From NCBI GenBank assembly GCA_032718475.1, contig JAUCBJ010002497.1, positions 62,001-126,000 of the forward strand: 64,000 nucleotides of DNA. The letters are read 5' to 3'. Both the position numbers and the translations under genes were made by a program. This document shows positions 62,262 to 64,000 of the stretch, in pieces. Position 1 is the first letter of the stretch; every line of letters begins with the position of its first letter. The notes beneath the pieces were generated by a model. The model did no database searches, was not told where the DNA came from, and saw only the letters and a program-made list of their open reading frames with translations. The DNA is from Nemertoderma westbladi. Taxonomy: Eukaryota > Animalia > Xenacoelomorpha.

Positions 62262-63399
62262 TGTTCGCGCTTTCAGACCTTTAGCAGTTTAACCTGCCAA
62301 ATTTAGGTGTCTTCTAGGTTATAAATCGACTTTAGCCTATGACGAGTATTTGATACTCTACATTAGCCGAAGCCAGCCTATGCGCGACCATTCACCCGCT
62401 GGATATACCCGGGAGACTGGATTCGGAAGCTCTGACCTTATTGCGATGTAGGCCTACTGTATTATTCGATTGATCGTTAATATATAATCTCTGACCAATA
62501 TTATTCACTTTCGGGAAATATTAACAGTTCCTTTAGGACGTGGCGCTCTAAGTATGTAAACAGAGTTATGACTTACACTAAACACAACGGGATGGCTAAT
62601 GATTCACGTATAAAGCGCATTCTTTAGGAGATGCTTTGTTAACTGTCACAGTCATGCACACTACCGCACAATGCTGCACACCGATCTGCCGACCTTCACT
62701 AATTTTAGTCACATATAAAGAAAACAGCAACTGACACATGTAGTGCCTATGAAATAGCATTAGATTCACTCCAAAACCAATATAATGTAAGTCGCAATTG
62801 CTATATGTAACCGGTCTCTTACCTTCAGTATATCAAGAAGATTGGGGTTTTATGATTATTTATCGATATTATCCAAATATAACAATATTCCATCAACTGA
62901 TATAATTAATAACCGACAGTAAATAGCAGTAAAATAATGCGGTGTTTGTAAGAGATATGACCATATGACAAGTGTGATTCGTTTGATAACAGTTATACGT
63001 TTCTATGATCAAAGCCGGTCTAATGTTTGGCTAAAGTCTGAAACACAGAATAATTCCACAGCCGGTGTTCTAGGCTTAGGAAAAATACACACTGACTGAA
63101 TTGCGTGAGTTTCTGGATACAATGTCCAACACAGAGTGAAAACCGCTCTGATTGGTCGACCGAACAAAGAACGAACAAAGAACAAAGAAAAAGTTACACG
63201 TGGACACAGCTGATAGATGTCGTCATCTGAGTTCCGATGTTTAGAGTATTTGAGCTTATTGCGGAGAAAAATGGCTTTTTATGTCCGCTAAAGCACACAT
63301 GCAGACATAGCGGGCAAAATCGCTTGTTATGTCCGCTAAAATACCTACTCGGTATATTGCGGAGAAAAATAGCTTGTTACATCCGCAAAAGCTTTTACA
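62262..63399 (-). repeat. E1 5' LTR (1138 bp)
   Basis: Repeat of 19867-20993 with an 11-bp duplication and about ten substitutions by eye; followed by TSD AAAAG. Confidence 0.95.
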
Positions 63400-64000
63400 A
63401 AAAGTCTGTTTAAAAACTTGTTTTGTAACACTGTGTTAAAAGCAGATGAGTAGTCTATGAATAAACATTTTACAATTGTGTGTCTTTCATCTAACGCTTT
63501 TGTAATCTGATGAAGGAGGTATAAGATCGCATCAGCTGTAGAATAACCTTTTTTGTATGCAAATTGAAAAATATCATCAGTGGCGATTTACTTGCATTAC
63601 GAAATATATCTAGAGCCAATCTGTCTAAACACCTAGAACTCAAAGGAGTAACACGTACTGGTCTGAAGCTGGTTTTTTCAGAAAATGATGAATCACATCT
63701 TTTAGGTAAGGCAGATGTCAAAGACGAATTCCAACATTGCGGGTATTTTTGTTGATGGAAACTATCTCTGAATAGTAAAGCATAAGGTATAGAAAGTTCT
63801 TTTGCAAAGGTTTTATAGCAAATTGCAGAAACAATGCTACTACTTACGTATTAATTTCTCAACCACAATCGGATCAACATGAATATCATTATCATACGAA
63901 CATCGATTCTGTAGTCCATCCACCATCCGCATGGCAGAACGTAAACACAGCAGCAACAGCAAAGGAGTTGATCCCAGCATCAAGTTCAACGAACCCAGCT
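63400..64000 (-). mobile_element. Upstream part of the Rex1/Babar-like LINE RT split by E1
   Basis: FRPVRVTPLSSRCLDRL, and KCLFIDYSSAFNTVLQNKFLNRL|LDELPIEMRWLASWL reads through the AAAAG TSD into 19866. Confidence 0.85.

Larger units (their letters stand above)
19867..63399 (-). mobile_element. E1: non-autonomous BEL/Pao LTR retrotransposon (degenerate gag only, no RT or integrase); hosts E2
   Basis: LTRs 19867-20993 and 62262-63399 with TGT...ACA termini, 5-bp TSD AAAAG on both sides, PPT-like ctgggagagg before the 3' LTR. The internal region is colinear with E3. Confidence 0.93.

Overview
Eukaryotic (invertebrate-like, AT-rich) genomic DNA. The first 8 kb carry two convergent single-ORF host genes: a PHF20/PHF20L1-like Tudor-Tudor-PHD protein and RSPRY1. 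From 8 to 20 kb there are minisatellites, nested MITE-like elements and LINE fragments. From 19.9 to 63.4 kb is a stack of nested insertions whose first four levels are each bounded by an exact target-site duplication (TSD): a Rex1/Babar-like LINE, interrupted by non-autonomous BEL/Pao element E1 (19867-63399, -, TSD AAAAG), which contains full-length BEL/Pao element E2 (25129-57997, +, TSD TTTAT), which contains non-autonomous BEL/Pao element E3 (38157-52274, +, TSD GGGCG), which contains a hAT-like foldback element (44706-47118, TSD CTGATTAC), which in turn contains a tRNA-derived SINE. Two observations stand out. (1) None of the three BEL/Pao elements has a tRNA-type primer-binding site. 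In each, the 11-12 nt directly after the 5' LTR are the exact complement of a segment inside its own LTR, and the related E1 and E3 show four compensatory changes, which suggests tRNA-independent self-priming. (2) In the env position E2 encodes a ~1240-aa ORF, split in frame by E3, with a WRN/Mut-7-like DEDDy 3'-5' exonuclease domain and three CCHC knuckles. E2 also has non-canonical TA...TA termini, a tRNA-like Pol III A/B-box cassette in its LTR, and a frame-independent 17-nt hairpin motif scattered along its length. All family assignments come from motif recognition by eye; no searches were run.
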